Assembly (NCBI GenBank): GCA_035258345.1
Contig: DATEVU010000119.1
Location: 46,487-110,486 of the forward strand
Source: Bacteroidales bacterium
GTDB lineage: Bacteria > Bacteroidota > Bacteroidia > Bacteroidales > UBA10428
Length of the DNA stretch: 64,000 nt
Direction: 5' to 3'
Below are positions 62,236 through 64,000 of the stretch, piece by piece (within the stretch, counting starts at the first letter, position 1; each line of letters opens with the position of its first letter). A program made the position numbers and the translations under genes. A model generated the notes under the pieces. That model did not search any database, was not told the DNA's origin, and was given only the letters and a program-made list of their open reading frames with translations.

Positions 62236-62282
62236 CCGTGGGTTTTACCCACGGTTATTAAGATTAAGCCACTTCGTGGCTT
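62236..62282. repeat. Twin short GC-rich hairpins (REP-like) in an otherwise AT-rich intergenic region
   Basis: CCGTGGGT-TTT-ACCCACGG at 62236-62254 and AAGCCAC-TTC-GTGGCTT at 62266-62282. Confidence 0.7.
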
Positions 62283-62554
62283 TATAATATATTCGATTAT
62301 TTGCATATTCATTGTAACATTTCAACTCTTAATTCGCATTCTTCATTAAATAGTATTACCGGGAAGTTAAAATATTCAAGGGTACTTATCCCAGGGAGAA
62401 ATACGATGAACTGATAAAGTTTTACCGCGACATAGCAAGTGCAGATAAATGCCAGGCCGTATTTACCGGAAATGAGTAATAATCGGGATTAAATACCGTT
62501 GCTGAGCATATTCTTTCGTAATTTTACCGGAGGATTTCTTTCATCTGGTATAGT

Positions 62555-63199
62555 ATGTTCAAACTGACGATCCTCTGGCTCACGCTTTTTAGCATTGCTT
62601 TTGGCTTTGTGGAAAGTGCAGTGGTTGTTTACCTGAGGGAAATATATTACCCCAACGGATTTTCTTTTCCCCTGGCACCCATGAGCAGCCAACTGGCGAT
62701 AACCGAAATTATCCGGGAGGCTGCCACCATAATAGTGCTTCTGTCAGGCGGATATCTGGCGGGCCGGAACATACGGGAAAGGGCGGCTTTTTTTATGTAT
62801 TGCTTTGCTGTCTGGGATATTTTCTACTATGTTTTCCTGAAATTGCTGATCAACTGGCCCGATTCACTCTTCACCTGGGATATCCTGTTTCTGATCCCGG
62901 TTATATGGACCGGACCGGTTATTGCTCCTTTGCTGGTGTCAGTGACTTTGTTACTTCTGGCAGGTATGGTTTTATACCGGGAGAAAACAGGTAATCCTGT
63001 GAGAATTACCCGGCTGACCGGGATCCTGTTCCTGGCTGGCATCTTCCTGGTATTTGCAGCATTTATATGGGATTTTACATTGTACCTGATGAAAGGCGAT
63101 GCATTTCATCAGTATATTCCCCATAATTTCAACTGGTGGCTTTTTGTCGCCGGGGAGGTTATTCTGCTAGCCGGATTGTTTAAGCAGACCTCGCATTAA
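62555..63199 (+). CDS. Hypothetical polytopic membrane protein
   Basis: 214 aa with about 6 TM helices. No family recognised. Confidence 0.55.
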   Translation: MFKLTILWLTLFSIAFGFVESAVVVYLREIYYPNGFSFPLAPMSSQLAITEIIREAATIIVLLSGGYLAGRNIRERAAFFMYCFAVWDIFYYVFLKLLINWPDSLFTWDILFLIPVIWTGPVIAPLLVSVTLLLLAGMVLYREKTGNPVRITRLTGILFLAGIFLVFAAFIWDFTLYLMKGDAFHQYIPHNFNWWLFVAGEVILLAGLFKQTSH

Positions 63200-63261
63200 T
63201 TTTGGCCATTGAGAATAAATTCAGTTATATTTATGGATTATTTATTCTCAATATAAAACGG

Positions 63262-63915
63262 ATGGATGGAATAATCGACTTTTTGAAGGAACTGGTAAAT
63301 CCTGAAAGCATTATACGTTATGGGGGAATCTATCTGTTGTTATTTGTTGTATTTGCTGAAACAGGTTTGTTCGTCGGTTTTTTCCTTCCCGGTGATTCCC
63401 TTCTTTTTACGGCAGGTTTATTTTGTTCAACCGGGTTACTTCATATAAATCCTTTCCTGCTTGTGGGCTTAATTATTGTTGCTGCGGTTACCGGGAACAT
63501 GTTCGGCTATTATTTTGGTAAAAATGTAGGTGTATTGCTGTTCAGGAGAAAGTCGGGTTTTCTCTTCCGGCAGGAACATCTGGTAACAGCCAACGAGTTC
63601 TATTTAAAACACGGGAAAAAAACGATCATACTTAGCCGGTTTCTTCCGATTTTGCGCACTTTTGCTCCTATTATTGCGGGTATTGTCAAGTTAGAGTACC
63701 ATAAATTCTTTTTATACAGTATGATTGGTGCTGTGATTTGGGTTAGCTCACTGGTTTTAACGGGTTACTATATGGGAATATATATTCCAAAGACAAGAGA
63801 TTACCTGGAATACATCGTAATTTTCCTGATTGTAATTACAGCTATTCCTTTTGTATTTAATTCAATTAAGAAAAAGTTTGGAAAACGGTATATAAAATCA
63901 GATCAAAATCCCTGA
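63262..63915 (+). CDS. DedA-family (SNARE-associated) membrane protein
   Basis: FLPGDSLLFTAG motif and RFLPILRTFAPIIAG block. The ATG at 63262 is preferred over the TTG at 63202. Confidence 0.78.
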   Translation: MDGIIDFLKELVNPESIIRYGGIYLLLFVVFAETGLFVGFFLPGDSLLFTAGLFCSTGLLHINPFLLVGLIIVAAVTGNMFGYYFGKNVGVLLFRRKSGFLFRQEHLVTANEFYLKHGKKTIILSRFLPILRTFAPIIAGIVKLEYHKFFLYSMIGAVIWVSSLVLTGYYMGIYIPKTRDYLEYIVIFLIVITAIPFVFNSIKKKFGKRYIKSDQNP

Positions 63916-63917
63916 TA

Positions 63918-64000
63918 ATGAAGGTAAATTCTTTGTTATTCCTGTTTTTGATTTATGGCTTTTCAACCGTAACCGTTGCAACTGCCCAATCCTGCATCAG
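63918..64000 (+). CDS. 5' fragment of a secreted protein (runs off the window)
   Basis: The ATG at 63918 opens MKVNSLLFLFLIYGFSTVTVATAQSCI, a signal-peptide-like sequence, with no stop before the window edge. Confidence 0.4.
   Translation, partial: MKVNSLLFLFLIYGFSTVTVATAQSCI

Noticed and set aside
1-64000. I searched the ORF translations and the sequence for mobile or defence content. The targets were transposases, integrases, phage genes, restriction-modification, toxin-antitoxin, CRISPR repeats, retron/DGR reverse transcriptases, and rRNA or tRNA genes.
   Set aside because: None of the translated ORFs shows such motifs, and no spaced direct-repeat array was seen. No tRNA-like T-arm with a matching acceptor stem was found. 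The window appears to be core chromosome.

Overview
The window looks like a gene-dense (about 90% coding), mostly housekeeping stretch of a Bacteroidota chromosome. The phylum call rests on TAnnTTTG -7 promoter boxes in front of many genes, the absence of Shine-Dalgarno sequences, a type-B T9SS C-terminal sorting domain protein, and LytS-like/LytTR two-component pairs. I can support about 54 coding regions. They include argF, dnaX, icd, ferritin, secA, dapA, and a TolC-MacA-MacB efflux cluster followed by a LytS/LytTR pair. They also include galT, sucAB, pntAA-AB-B, hldD, folE, metF-metH, two diphosphate-type phosphofructokinase paralogs, purA, fur and relA/spoT. I found no rRNA, tRNA, CRISPR array, transposase, integrase, phage gene or recognisable defence or toxin system. 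I therefore cannot support a claim that this window holds a novel multi-gene system. The observations most worth a second look are small-scale. The first is a run of 10 A in dnaX at the domain III boundary, with stop codons close by in both alternative frames (a candidate tau/gamma recoding site). The second is a family of AAGANNA heptad-repeat tracts just 3' of two stop codons; one forms a long imperfect hairpin that fills a convergent intergenic gap, and the other is paired with a 16-bp perfect inverted repeat. The third is a 514-bp non-coding gap holding REP-like twin hairpins and phased TTTACCG repeats. The fourth is tandem ARG-box-like palindromes in front of an isolated canonical ornithine carbamoyltransferase. 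Coordinates of short motifs were read by eye and anchored to ORF ends; they may be off by 1-2 nt.
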